Origin: Candidatus Pacearchaeota archaeon
Lineage (GTDB): Archaea; Nanobdellota; Nanobdellia; Pacearchaeales; GW2011-AR1
DNA length: 40,932 bases
NCBI GenBank assembly: GCA_018304055.1
Contig: JAGVWY010000036.1
Location: 1-40,932, forward strand
Reading direction: 5' to 3'
In this document: in pieces, positions 10,609 through 19,152 of the stretch
Layout: each line of letters opens with the position of its first letter
Position numbering within the stretch: the stretch's first letter is position 1
Position numbers and translations under genes: made by a program
Notes under the pieces: generated by a model
What the model was told of the DNA's origin: nothing
Databases searched by the model: none
Seen by the model: the letters and a program-made list of their open reading frames with translations, nothing else

Positions 10609-10658
10609 TAATGAACTTTTATAGAAACCTTTATTAAATAATTTTATCTTTTTTAATT

Positions 10659-11678
10659 ATGAATTTAGAAGAAAAATTTAAACTTGTTAAAAGAAATACT
10701 GTAGAAATAATAACTGAAGAAGAATTGAAAAAGTTATTAAAAGAAAAGAAAAAACCTAGCGTTTATTTGGGAACTGCGATTACTGGGAAACCCCACTTAG
10801 CATATTTTGCATGGATTATAAAGTTAGCTGATTTTTTGAAAGCTGGATTTAAAGTTAAAGTTCTTTTAGCAGATATTCATGGAGCTTTAGATAATACTCC
10901 TTGGAATATTTTAGAAGAAAGATATAAATATTATGAACTTGCTATCAAGGACATGTTTTCTAAAGTTGGAATGGAAACAAAAAACGTAGAAATAATCAAA
11001 GGAAGTAGTTTTCAGTTAAAGAAAGAATATATCATGGATTTATTAAAGCTTTCAAGCTTTGTTTCAGTTCATGATGCTAGAAAATCAGCAAGTGATGTCG
11101 TTAAAAATATCGAGGGAGAACAAGCAAAATTATCAGGATTAATTTATCCTTTAATGCAAGCTTTAGATGAAGAACATTTAAATGTAGACATTCAATATGG
11201 AGGAATTGATCAGAGAAAAATTTTTGTTTTTGCTCGAGAAAATCTGCCGAAAGTGGGATATAAACCGAGGATAGAAGTTATGACTCCTTTATTACAAGGT
11301 TTAACTGAAACAGGGAAAATGTCAGCGAGTATATCAAAATCAAAAGTTGATTTAACCGACAGCGATGAAGAAATTAAGGATAAGATTAAATCTGCTTATT
11401 GTTTAGAAGGAGATGCTAGAAATGGGGTTATGGATTTTTTAAAATATGTAATAATGGTAATAAAAGAGGATAGAAATGAAAAATTTATAGTAAAGAGAGA
11501 TAAAAAATATGGAGGAGATATAAGTTATAAAAATTATAAGGAAATTGAAAAAGATTTTATTGATAAAAAACTCCATCCACAAGATCTAAAAAATGCAGTT
11601 GTCGAAGAAATAATAAAATTATTAAGTAAGATTGATAAGAAGAAACTGATAAAAATTGGAGAAGTGGCGTATTCTTGA
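10659..11678 (+). CDS. tyrS: Tyrosine--tRNA ligase, archaeal type
   Basis: TGKPHLAY (HIGH), IYPLMQALD, GGIDQRK, KMSAS motifs. Confidence 0.95.
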   Translation: MNLEEKFKLVKRNTVEIITEEELKKLLKEKKKPSVYLGTAITGKPHLAYFAWIIKLADFLKAGFKVKVLLADIHGALDNTPWNILEERYKYYELAIKDMFSKVGMETKNVEIIKGSSFQLKKEYIMDLLKLSSFVSVHDARKSASDVVKNIEGEQAKLSGLIYPLMQALDEEHLNVDIQYGGIDQRKIFVFARENLPKVGYKPRIEVMTPLLQGLTETGKMSASISKSKVDLTDSDEEIKDKIKSAYCLEGDARNGVMDFLKYVIMVIKEDRNEKFIVKRDKKYGGDISYKNYKEIEKDFIDKKLHPQDLKNAVVEEIIKLLSKIDKKKLIKIGEVAYS

Positions 11679-11700
11679 GTGATTTGATTTTTTTTGACAA

Positions 11701-12435
11701 ATGGAAAAAGCTATTTTTAAAAATTCTCAAGGATTAAACCTTATTGGAAATTTTTATCCTCATGAGAGGAATAAAGGGATTATTTTTTGTCATGGATTTA
11801 CTGGCGATAGACATGAATGGGGGCACTTTGACATCATCGCTGAAAAATTAAGCAAGCATTTTAATGTTTTAGCTTTTGACTTTTCCGGACATGGCGAAAG
11901 TGATAATGATGCAATTTCAGTTGAAAAAGAGATTGATGATTTAAAATCCGCTATTGATTTTTTCAGGAAAAAAGGAATTCAAAAGATTGGAATATTGGGA
12001 TTAAGTTTAGGAGGATTAATTGCTTTAAAAAATTATTCACTGGTTGAAAGCTTAGTTTTGTTGGCACCAGTTACCCATTCAGTAAAAGATTATGAGAAGA
12101 AATTAATTTCTGATAACAGAATTCGGGAAGAAAAAGGATTTTTTATTAAGAGAAGATTGGAGAATGTTAAACGAAAAGAAATTGTTATTGATCCGATTAT
12201 TGTTTCGGAAAGAGCTTCAGTGAATCCAAAAAAATTATTATCAAAAATTAATTACCCTGCCCTAGTAATTCATGGTACTCATGATGAAGTGATTCCTTTA
12301 GATGACTCAAAAATGGCAGTACAATATTTGCCAAAAGGAGAACTAGAAATTATCGATGGCGCTGGTCATATTTTCAATAGATATGTAGATAAGGTAGCAG
12401 AAATTTCTTTAAATTGGTTTAAAAAATATTTATGA
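11701..12435 (+). CDS. Alpha/beta hydrolase
   Basis: HGFTG, GHGES, GLSLGG nucleophile elbow, HGTHDEVIP, GAGH. Confidence 0.9.
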   Translation: MEKAIFKNSQGLNLIGNFYPHERNKGIIFCHGFTGDRHEWGHFDIIAEKLSKHFNVLAFDFSGHGESDNDAISVEKEIDDLKSAIDFFRKKGIQKIGILGLSLGGLIALKNYSLVESLVLLAPVTHSVKDYEKKLISDNRIREEKGFFIKRRLENVKRKEIVIDPIIVSERASVNPKKLLSKINYPALVIHGTHDEVIPLDDSKMAVQYLPKGELEIIDGAGHIFNRYVDKVAEISLNWFKKYL

Positions 12436-12534
12436 AAAGAAAATTGTTTTTATTATAAAATAAGCAAGCGCCAATGCAGTGATTATTGTAATCCATTTCA
12501 ATAAATCTTTTTCTGTGAAACCTTTTTTATTCAT
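12430..12534 (-). CDS. 34-aa single-TM microprotein (MNKKGFTEKD...)
   Basis: Translated by hand; basic N-terminus ending KKG, then hydrophobic helix. Confidence 0.5.
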   Translation of the reverse strand: MNKKGFTEKDLLKWITIITALALAYFIIKTIFFS

Positions 12535-12549
12535 TTTCAACTCTCTTTT

Positions 12550-12660
12550 TTATACTGTAGATAGTAAATCCTTAATAATAATAAATCCTATTATAACTGC
12601 TATAATTATTTTTATTTTCTCTAAAACGTCTTCAGATGTTATTCTTGCTTTTCCCCCCAT
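12550..12660 (-). CDS. 36-aa single-TM microprotein (MGGKARITSED...)
   Basis: Translated by hand; similar layout to the neighbouring microprotein. Confidence 0.5.
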   Translation of the reverse strand: MGGKARITSEDVLEKIKIIIAVIIGFIIIKDLLSTV

Positions 12661-12929
12661 TTTTTCCTTAATAAAATTAATTTTAATGCATTAATATCAC
12701 TCTTTATATCTGTAAGTTCATCGGTTCTTTTAAACTATTGTTCAATAATTTTTATTCTTCTTTTTATCATAGACATATAATAAATAATTATCGATATAAA
12801 CCCTATTAAAAGAAATAGAGAGAGTATGGCTAAACCTTCAATCAAGCTTATAGTTTTATAAAAAATAGCTATGAGACTTAAAAATGCCACTCCTATAACA
12901 TTTGAAAGGTACTTTAAAAACTCTGGCAT
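12639..12929 (-). pseudogene. Two-TM plus coiled-coil protein with probable premature TAG (12735-12737)
   Basis: Frame continues past TAG as FKRTDELTDIKSDINALKLILLRKK to TAA at 12639. Confidence 0.45.
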
Positions 12930-12978
12930 TATTTTAAAGTTTTATTGCCTTTAAATCAATTGTTGAATTTGAGGATAT

Positions 12979-13887
12979 TTATTCAGTCACAAATTCTACA
13001 ATATCTTTATCTTTAACAACATGCTTTAATCCAACTTTTTGATTTGGGAATTTTGATGAAGGGCCTGTAACTTTTGCGTATTTTACTTTTTTACTATATC
13101 CATGAAGAATTTTCTCTGCAACATCTCCTAATGTTGAATGTGGATGAAGGATAACTGGAATATCTTTATTTTTTTCTTTTCCTTTATGAGTTGTATATAC
13201 TCTTATTATATCAAAAGAATTCAAAATTTTTTCTTTTAACTCCTCAATTCCTTCTTGTGTGAAAGTAGAGGTAAGGACAAAATTATATCTTTTTGATTTT
13301 AGTGTTTCTGAAATTTTTCTTTTAGTTTCATTATCATAATTATCTGCTTTGTTAAAAACAATGATTTTTTTAGCATCTGTTTTTCTAATAGCTTCTAGAA
13401 CTGATTTAATTTCATCAATTTTTTCTATGACAATTAATAGAGTATCAGTGTTGTTGATAATTCCTTTATCAAAATTTTCAGAAGCAATAGGGGGCATATC
13501 TATCATCTGGATATTGCATCCTTGATGATGGAGCATTCCAATGATAGGTTCTGATGTTGAAAAACCGTAACTTGCTATTTTAGGTTGAGCATTAGTGAGA
13601 ACTTTAAGAAGAGAAGATTTCCCTGAATTAGTTAATCCTATTAAAACAGCTTGCATTTCTGCTTTTTTTATGCCTTTTTTAGCTTTTTGTTTTTTTGTTT
13701 TTTTGAATAACTCTTCTTTAAGTTTTTTGTATCGTGTTTTTAGGTTTTTTCTTAATGCCTCGGCCGATTTATGTTTAGGCATGTATCTAAGCATTTCTTC
13801 TAATGCTTTTAACTTTTCTTTATCAGTAGTTGCACGATGGTATTCTTGCTCTGCTTTTAGATATTCTGGGTGGGCATTGATTGGCAT
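12979..13887 (-). CDS. OBG/DRG-family GTPase with TGS domain
   Basis: GLTNSGKS, DMPP, NKAD, IIRVYT, QKVGLKHVVKDKDIVE. Confidence 0.9.
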   Translation of the reverse strand: MPINAHPEYLKAEQEYHRATTDKEKLKALEEMLRYMPKHKSAEALRKNLKTRYKKLKEELFKKTKKQKAKKGIKKAEMQAVLIGLTNSGKSSLLKVLTNAQPKIASYGFSTSEPIIGMLHHQGCNIQMIDMPPIASENFDKGIINNTDTLLIVIEKIDEIKSVLEAIRKTDAKKIIVFNKADNYDNETKRKISETLKSKRYNFVLTSTFTQEGIEELKEKILNSFDIIRVYTTHKGKEKNKDIPVILHPHSTLGDVAEKILHGYSKKVKYAKVTGPSSKFPNQKVGLKHVVKDKDIVEFVTE

Positions 13888-13888
13888 T

Positions 13889-14137
13889 TTAAATTTCTCT
13901 TCTTTTCTTGAAATCAGACCAAAGAATAGATTGTTTAATTTTTATAGGGGTTATTTCTTTGTTAAGCCTTGATTCTAATCTTATAAGTTCTATTAAAATT
14001 CCTCCTAAAATAATTTCAGTTATAGGCGGGGAACTTATAATTCCTAGTAATTTTAAAACAAAAGCAATTATTGCAAATAAAATCAATCCCCATGCCACTA
14101 TTCCCAGTACTTTTATAATTAATTCTTTGATTCTCAT
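13889..14137 (-). CDS. Small membrane protein
   Basis: Hydrophobic 82-aa ORF tightly coupled to the GTPase. Confidence 0.65.
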   Translation of the reverse strand: MRIKELIIKVLGIVAWGLILFAIIAFVLKLLGIISSPPITEIILGGILIELIRLESRLNKEITPIKIKQSILWSDFKKRREI

Positions 14138-14292
14138 TTAATTTTATTAACAATTAATCCTATGATTATTCCCAGTATTATTGAGATAACCAAACTTACG
14201 GCTAAATTTAATTTTAAAAAAATATTTAGCAATGTTAATGCGATTGCCATCATAACTGCCCCAGATATGATAACAATGGCCTCATTTTCCAT
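14134..14292 (-). CDS. 52-aa two-TM microprotein (MENEAIVIISG...)
   Basis: Translated by hand; ATGA overlap with next gene; TATA-like TTTATATA upstream. Confidence 0.6.
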   Translation of the reverse strand: MENEAIVIISGAVMMAIALTLLNIFLKLNLAVSLVISIILGIIIGLIVNKIK

Positions 14293-14331
14293 AATAATTA
14301 TAAATGGTTTTATTATATAAATATTGGGAAT

Positions 14332-14949
14332 ATGAATCAGGAATTTTTTAATAGAAGCGCGGATAAAGTGGCGAAGGAATTATTGGGGAAGATTATAGTA
14401 AGAAAGATAAATGAAAATGAATTAAAAGCTCGGATAGTTGAGACAGAAGCTTATTTTGATGAGAACGATCCTGCATCACGAGCATGTCAAAATGGAGATC
14501 TAAGATTAACTATGATGATGAGAGCAGGGACAATACTTGTATACGGTGTTCACAATAACTGGCTGGTTAATATTGTGACTGATGGGGAAGGCAAGGCAAG
14601 TACTGTTTTAATTAGAGCAGTTGAGCCATTAAATTTTATTGGAAAATGTAATGGACCTGGATTATTAACTAAAGCTTTATTGATTGATAAGACATTTCAT
14701 AAGAAAAATATTATTGATAATAATGAGATTTGGATTGAGGATAATGGTAACTTACAAGATTATATATTAAAGAGGGTTCTAGAGGGCAAGGTAAGTTTAG
14801 CTAGAAAAGAGAGTGAAAGTAGGGAGAATCTTACATTAAATACCAAGAAATTTGAAATTGTCTCAAGTTTCAGAATTGGAGTAAAAAAAGATCTTCCAAG
14901 AAAATTAAGGTTTTATATTAAAAATAATGAATTTGTGAGTAGGAGATGA
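14332..14949 (+). CDS. DNA-3-methyladenine glycosylase (MPG/AAG family)
   Basis: VAKELLGK, IVETEAY, DPAS, VLIRAVEP, NGPG, RIGV, LRFY motifs. Confidence 0.9.
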   Translation: MNQEFFNRSADKVAKELLGKIIVRKINENELKARIVETEAYFDENDPASRACQNGDLRLTMMMRAGTILVYGVHNNWLVNIVTDGEGKASTVLIRAVEPLNFIGKCNGPGLLTKALLIDKTFHKKNIIDNNEIWIEDNGNLQDYILKRVLEGKVSLARKESESRENLTLNTKKFEIVSSFRIGVKKDLPRKLRFYIKNNEFVSRR

Positions 14950-15071
14950 AATTTGGGAAGATTAATATAAATTAACTAAAACATAAACTTGGAATTTTAT
15001 TTTGATTTCGTAACTTCTAAATAAAGGTAACAGATAGAAAGATTTAAAAAATCTTATTTACTTATTAAATC

Positions 15072-15761
15072 ATGGAAGATCATTATATAAGATTGATACC
15101 CAAAGAAATTAGAGAATTAGGATTTCCAATAGCTAGATTTCTTTCTGAGGAAGAACAAGCAAAGTATGAAGAATCAATAAAACAATTTTCTGGAAATGCG
15201 TATGATTCTTTAAACATTCTTAGAAAGGGTTCCAATCTTTGGAAAGTCCTTTTTCTTAATCAAATAGGAATTAGAACCCCCACACTTCCAGAGTTAGAAA
15301 TTGCATTAGAAAACGGTATGCCTTTAAGTGAACATTATGTAAATGGAAGAGAAGTTATATTAAGAAGTAGAGGGGATAGTTATCAGCGAAATAATTATCT
15401 TGCTGAAACTTTGGCAGATAAATTAAAATTAAAATCCTTTAAACATCCTTATATTATTAGAGGATTAGGGATAAAACAGAGTGAAACACCAAAAGTAATT
15501 GATTGCGATGGATTAGAGTTTTTAACAGATGATACAGAAGTTAAAGAAGCACCTGATTTTAATCATGAAAATCATGGAAAAAAATTCAGAAGAATTAATG
15601 AGGATTATTCAATTGAATGGGATGAAAAAGGATCAAGGACTTTTTATGCTAGAAAAGATGGTTTGTCTAGGTTGTTCCTGAGCTGGGGCTTGGATCTGGG
15701 CTCGGACAACGAGCGTCTTGCGGGCTCGGGTGGCTATAGTCGGGTGGTTGTGATTAGCTGA
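15072..15761 (+). CDS. Putative DGR target protein (CLec-like fold) with C-terminal variable region
   Basis: RTPTLPE motif; terminal GLSRLFLSWGLDLGSDNERLAGSGGYSRVVV encoded by A-depleted DNA. Confidence 0.7.
   Translation: MEDHYIRLIPKEIRELGFPIARFLSEEEQAKYEESIKQFSGNAYDSLNILRKGSNLWKVLFLNQIGIRTPTLPELEIALENGMPLSEHYVNGREVILRSRGDSYQRNNYLAETLADKLKLKSFKHPYIIRGLGIKQSETPKVIDCDGLEFLTDDTEVKEAPDFNHENHGKKFRRINEDYSIEWDEKGSRTFYARKDGLSRLFLSWGLDLGSDNERLAGSGGYSRVVVIS
15661..15758 (+). other. Putative DGR variable region (VR)
   Basis: Hand count 57/98 GC and 11/98 A; no sense codon ends in A. Confidence 0.7.
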
Positions 15762-15824
15762 AACAATTTGCATTAGATTTTTCTTTTTAATTTTTCTTTT
15801 TAAATTTGCAAATGCAAATTGTTT
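15761..15824. repeat. Palindromic element with 14-bp arms AAACAATTTGCATT/AATGCAAATTGTTT
   Basis: Perfect inverted repeat around a T-rich loop. Confidence 0.8.
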
Positions 15825-16131
15825 GCGAAGCCACGCAAAAAAATTTAGAAGAATACATTTCACAATTAAGAGTAGAAACCGAGAGGCAAAAAGCAGTAAT
15901 TGAGCAAAGATTTGCAGAATCTCTAAAATATCTTCAGACTGGAAAATTATAAAAAGCCCTATTTCTACAGGGTACGCAAACAATTTGGAAATATTATTAA
16001 ACAATTAAATTATATGTTTTTATGAAACTCGGCGTTTTATTTTCAGAAAAATTTTCTTATAAAGAAACTTTTATTAAAGAATTAACTTTTATGATAAAAG
16101 TTAAATCAAAATCCCTTCAAATAAAATTAAA

Positions 16132-16800
16132 ATGAAACTCGGCGTTTTATTTTCAGGTGGAAAAGACAGCACTTTTGCGTGTTATTTGGCAAAGAAACAA
16201 GGATATGAAATAAGTTGTTTAATTAGTATTTTTAGCGAGAATAAAGAAAGCTGGATGTTTCATACACCTTCTATAGAACAAGTTAAAAAACAAGCAGAAG
16301 TTATGAATATTCCTTTAATAATTGTAGAAACAAAAGGAGAAAAAGAAAAAGAACTTTTGGATTTAGAAAAAGGAATTAAAAAAGCTATTGAAAATTATAA
16401 AATTGAAGGCGTTGTTACAGGAGCTGTGGAAAGTGTTTATCAAAGTTCTAGAATACAGAATATATGCAACAAATTGGATATTGAATGTTTTAATCCTTTA
16501 TGGTTAAAAGTTCAGGAAGAACTTTTAAAAGATATAATAAAAAATAAATTCGAGGTTATTATTACGGGGGTTTTTGCTTTTCCTTTCGGTAAAGAATGGC
16601 TTGGAAGAAAAATTGATAAAAATTTCATTAAAGATATTAAAAAACTGTATGATAAATATAGTATATCAATAAGTGGAGAAGGAGGAGAGACAGAAAGTTT
16701 TGTTGTTAATTGTACTTTATTTAAAAGAAAATTAAGAATAATTAATTATAAGGATTTTGGCTCTGGAAATTCGTGGAGGAGAGAGCTTATTGTAGGATGA
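16132..16800 (+). CDS. Diphthine--ammonia ligase-like PP-loop ATPase (Dph6 family)
   Basis: LFSGGKDS, SWMFH, TGAVESVYQ, PLW, GEGGETES. Confidence 0.9.
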   Translation: MKLGVLFSGGKDSTFACYLAKKQGYEISCLISIFSENKESWMFHTPSIEQVKKQAEVMNIPLIIVETKGEKEKELLDLEKGIKKAIENYKIEGVVTGAVESVYQSSRIQNICNKLDIECFNPLWLKVQEELLKDIIKNKFEVIITGVFAFPFGKEWLGRKIDKNFIKDIKKLYDKYSISISGEGGETESFVVNCTLFKRKLRIINYKDFGSGNSWRRELIVG

Positions 16801-16809
16801 AACTAGAAA

Positions 16810-17091
16810 ATGAAAAAGAAAATATACGCTGAAATAGGATTTGGAAATGAAAGTTTTTTATCAACAGAAATAGAGGAGGGTAATAAGGAATATAGGATTG
16901 ACAGATTTATTATACCTCGGAAAATACAGGGTTTTTATGTTAGAATTTGGATATTAAGAAACGTTTTTGTATTATCAAGTGAGAATGGGTTTAGCATAAC
17001 TAAGAAAAATAAAAATAAATTAAAGATTCTTTTTGGAATTTCTGGAAATAATAAAGATGATAGAAAAAATTTTAATCATAAACATTTGTAA
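16810..17091 (+). CDS. DUF3977-like protein
   Basis: YAEIGFGN..STEIE, YVRIWI, KILFGI pattern. Confidence 0.65.
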   Translation: MKKKIYAEIGFGNESFLSTEIEEGNKEYRIDRFIIPRKIQGFYVRIWILRNVFVLSSENGFSITKKNKNKLKILFGISGNNKDDRKNFNHKHL

Positions 17092-17638
17092 AGAGAAATT
17101 ACATTATTGTGAATTTGTTAAGCCTGTTGAGGATATTGTTGTTAGTTTAAAATTAAAATATTTTACTAAACACTATAAAGAATTAAATAAAAAAGATTTA
17201 GAAGAAAGTGATAAGATAATTATTTGTGGGACTAGTCTAAAAGATAATGAATTTTTAGAAAATATTAATAAATTTAAATGGCTTATGAATTTTAAGAAAC
17301 CTGTTATTGGAATTTGTGGAGGAATGGAAATTATAGGAGCAGTTTTTGGTGGAAAATTGAAAAAGAAAACCGAAGAAAGCAAGGGTTTTCTTAAAAAGAA
17401 AACCGAGATAGGATTTTATAAAGAAGCATTTAAGAAGAAATTTTTAGGATTTAAGGAAGGAGAAGTTTATCATTTGCATAATTATTATGTTGAGTTTGAT
17501 AAGAGGTTTGAGATTTTGTCTAGCAATAAAGTTGTTCAGGCTGTAAAGCATAAGAAAAAAGAGATATATGGGTTATTATTTCATCCTGAGGTGAGGAATA
17601 AAGAGATAATTAAAAATTTTGTAAGGAACATTTATTAA
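17057..17638 (+). CDS. Class I glutamine amidotransferase
   Basis: GICGGME nucleophile, FHPE catalytic dyad; ATG 17057. Confidence 0.85.
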   Translation: MIEKILIINICKEKLHYCEFVKPVEDIVVSLKLKYFTKHYKELNKKDLEESDKIIICGTSLKDNEFLENINKFKWLMNFKKPVIGICGGMEIIGAVFGGKLKKKTEESKGFLKKKTEIGFYKEAFKKKFLGFKEGEVYHLHNYYVEFDKRFEILSSNKVVQAVKHKKKEIYGLLFHPEVRNKEIIKNFVRNIY

Positions 17639-17672
17639 TGGTTATTTCTTAAATTTTAAAAAGAAGTATAAA

Positions 17673-18872
17673 ATGAAAGAGCCAGAATTTTACCGGAAAA
17701 AATTGGATAATGGAATAACTGTTTTATTTGAGAAAAGAGAAGTTCCTGTTGTTGCTACAGCAACAAGCATTAGGTTTGGAGCTCAATATGAACCTGAAGA
17801 TATCAAGGGCATAAGTCATTTTATTGAGCATTTGGTTTTTAAGGGAACGAAGAAAAGGAAAGTAGATGAGATTCCTAGGGAAATAGAAAGTAAAGGAGGA
17901 ATTATTAATGCCTTTACTTCAGAAGAAATAACTTGTTATTGGAACAAGCTTCCTAGTAAGCATTTTAGTTTAGGCGCAGATGTTTCTCGAGATTTAGTAC
18001 TACATCCTCTTTTTGAAAAAAATGCGTTAGAAAGAGAGAGAAAAGTTATTTTGGAGGAAATAAAAATGTATCATGATAATCCTCCTTATTATGTTTTGGA
18101 AAAAATAAAAGAGTTTTTATATGAAAAGCCTTTTAATTTGCCGGTTTCAGGAAGTTTAGAGAGTGTTTCACGTCTCTCTCGGGAAAGGGTAATTGATTTA
18201 TACAAACAGATTTATTCTACAAACAATCTTATCTTTAGTGCTGTTGGAAATGTTTCTTGGGAAGAGGTTTTAGAAGAAGCAAGTAAATTCCCTGAAAATA
18301 AAAAGGTTATTGGCAATGTAGCTATAAAAAAAAGATTTGGAACTTCTATAGAAAAAAGAAAAGGAATAGACCAAACTCATTTAGTTATTGGATTTCACAT
18401 GCCTCATTTAAGTGATAAACAAAGATATAGCGCAGAAATATTTGATAATATTCTAGGAGGAGGAATGAGCAGCAGACTTTTTCAAGAGATCCGGGAAAAA
18501 AAAGGACTAGGATATAGTGTGAGAAGTAATTTAGAGCAGTCAAGAGATTATGCTTATGAAATAATCTATGTTGGGACCTTAAAAGAAAAAATGAATGAAG
18601 TTAAGAGAATTATTTTAAAAGAAATAAAAAAAATGAATGAATTGAAACAAAGAGATTTGAGTGAAGCAAAAGAAAGGCTTATCGGACTAAGAGAAATAAG
18701 CAAAGAAAAATGCGATTCTACTATGGTAGATTTGTTGCATGAGGAAATAGCTGGAAATGCCGAGAATTATTATAATTATGAGGATAGTATAAATAAGGTT
18801 CCTTTAAAAGAAGTTAGAGAGCTAAGCAAGCTAAAAGGATATAGTTTCTTTGCTTTAATTCCGCATAACTAA
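17673..18872 (+). CDS. M16-family zinc peptidase
   Basis: GISHFIEHLVFKGT, NAFTS, SSRLFQEIREKKGLGY. Confidence 0.93.
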   Translation: MKEPEFYRKKLDNGITVLFEKREVPVVATATSIRFGAQYEPEDIKGISHFIEHLVFKGTKKRKVDEIPREIESKGGIINAFTSEEITCYWNKLPSKHFSLGADVSRDLVLHPLFEKNALERERKVILEEIKMYHDNPPYYVLEKIKEFLYEKPFNLPVSGSLESVSRLSRERVIDLYKQIYSTNNLIFSAVGNVSWEEVLEEASKFPENKKVIGNVAIKKRFGTSIEKRKGIDQTHLVIGFHMPHLSDKQRYSAEIFDNILGGGMSSRLFQEIREKKGLGYSVRSNLEQSRDYAYEIIYVGTLKEKMNEVKRIILKEIKKMNELKQRDLSEAKERLIGLREISKEKCDSTMVDLLHEEIAGNAENYYNYEDSINKVPLKEVRELSKLKGYSFFALIPHN

Positions 18873-18930
18873 TTAAATAAAACACAAGAGTTCAATTACA
18901 AAATATAATTAATAATAAAAAAATAAACTT

Positions 18931-19074
18931 TTATTTCATTGCTGCCCAAATTCCAAATATAATAGCAACAACGCCTCCTAGTTGAGCTCCCCAACTTTGG
19001 ATTTGAGTTACGTAAGGAGTTGCAAGAGCTATTAATCCTCCAAGAGCAGCTACCCATCCAGTCCAGTTTCCCAT
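18931..19074 (-). CDS. 47-aa two-TM microprotein (MGNWTGWVAALGG...)
   Basis: Translated by hand; strong SD AGGAGGT upstream. Confidence 0.7.
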   Translation of the reverse strand: MGNWTGWVAALGGLIALATPYVTQIQSWGAQLGGVVAIIFGIWAAMK

Positions 19075-19152
19075 TTTCTTACCTCCTTTCTTATTATTAT
19101 AATTTACAGGAAAAAGCTATTTAAATATGTTTTGTTGATATAATTTAAGGAT

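Noticed and set aside
15633-16004. 123-aa minus-strand ORF
   Set aside because: Antisense to the VR, hairpin and detached tail; no motif support
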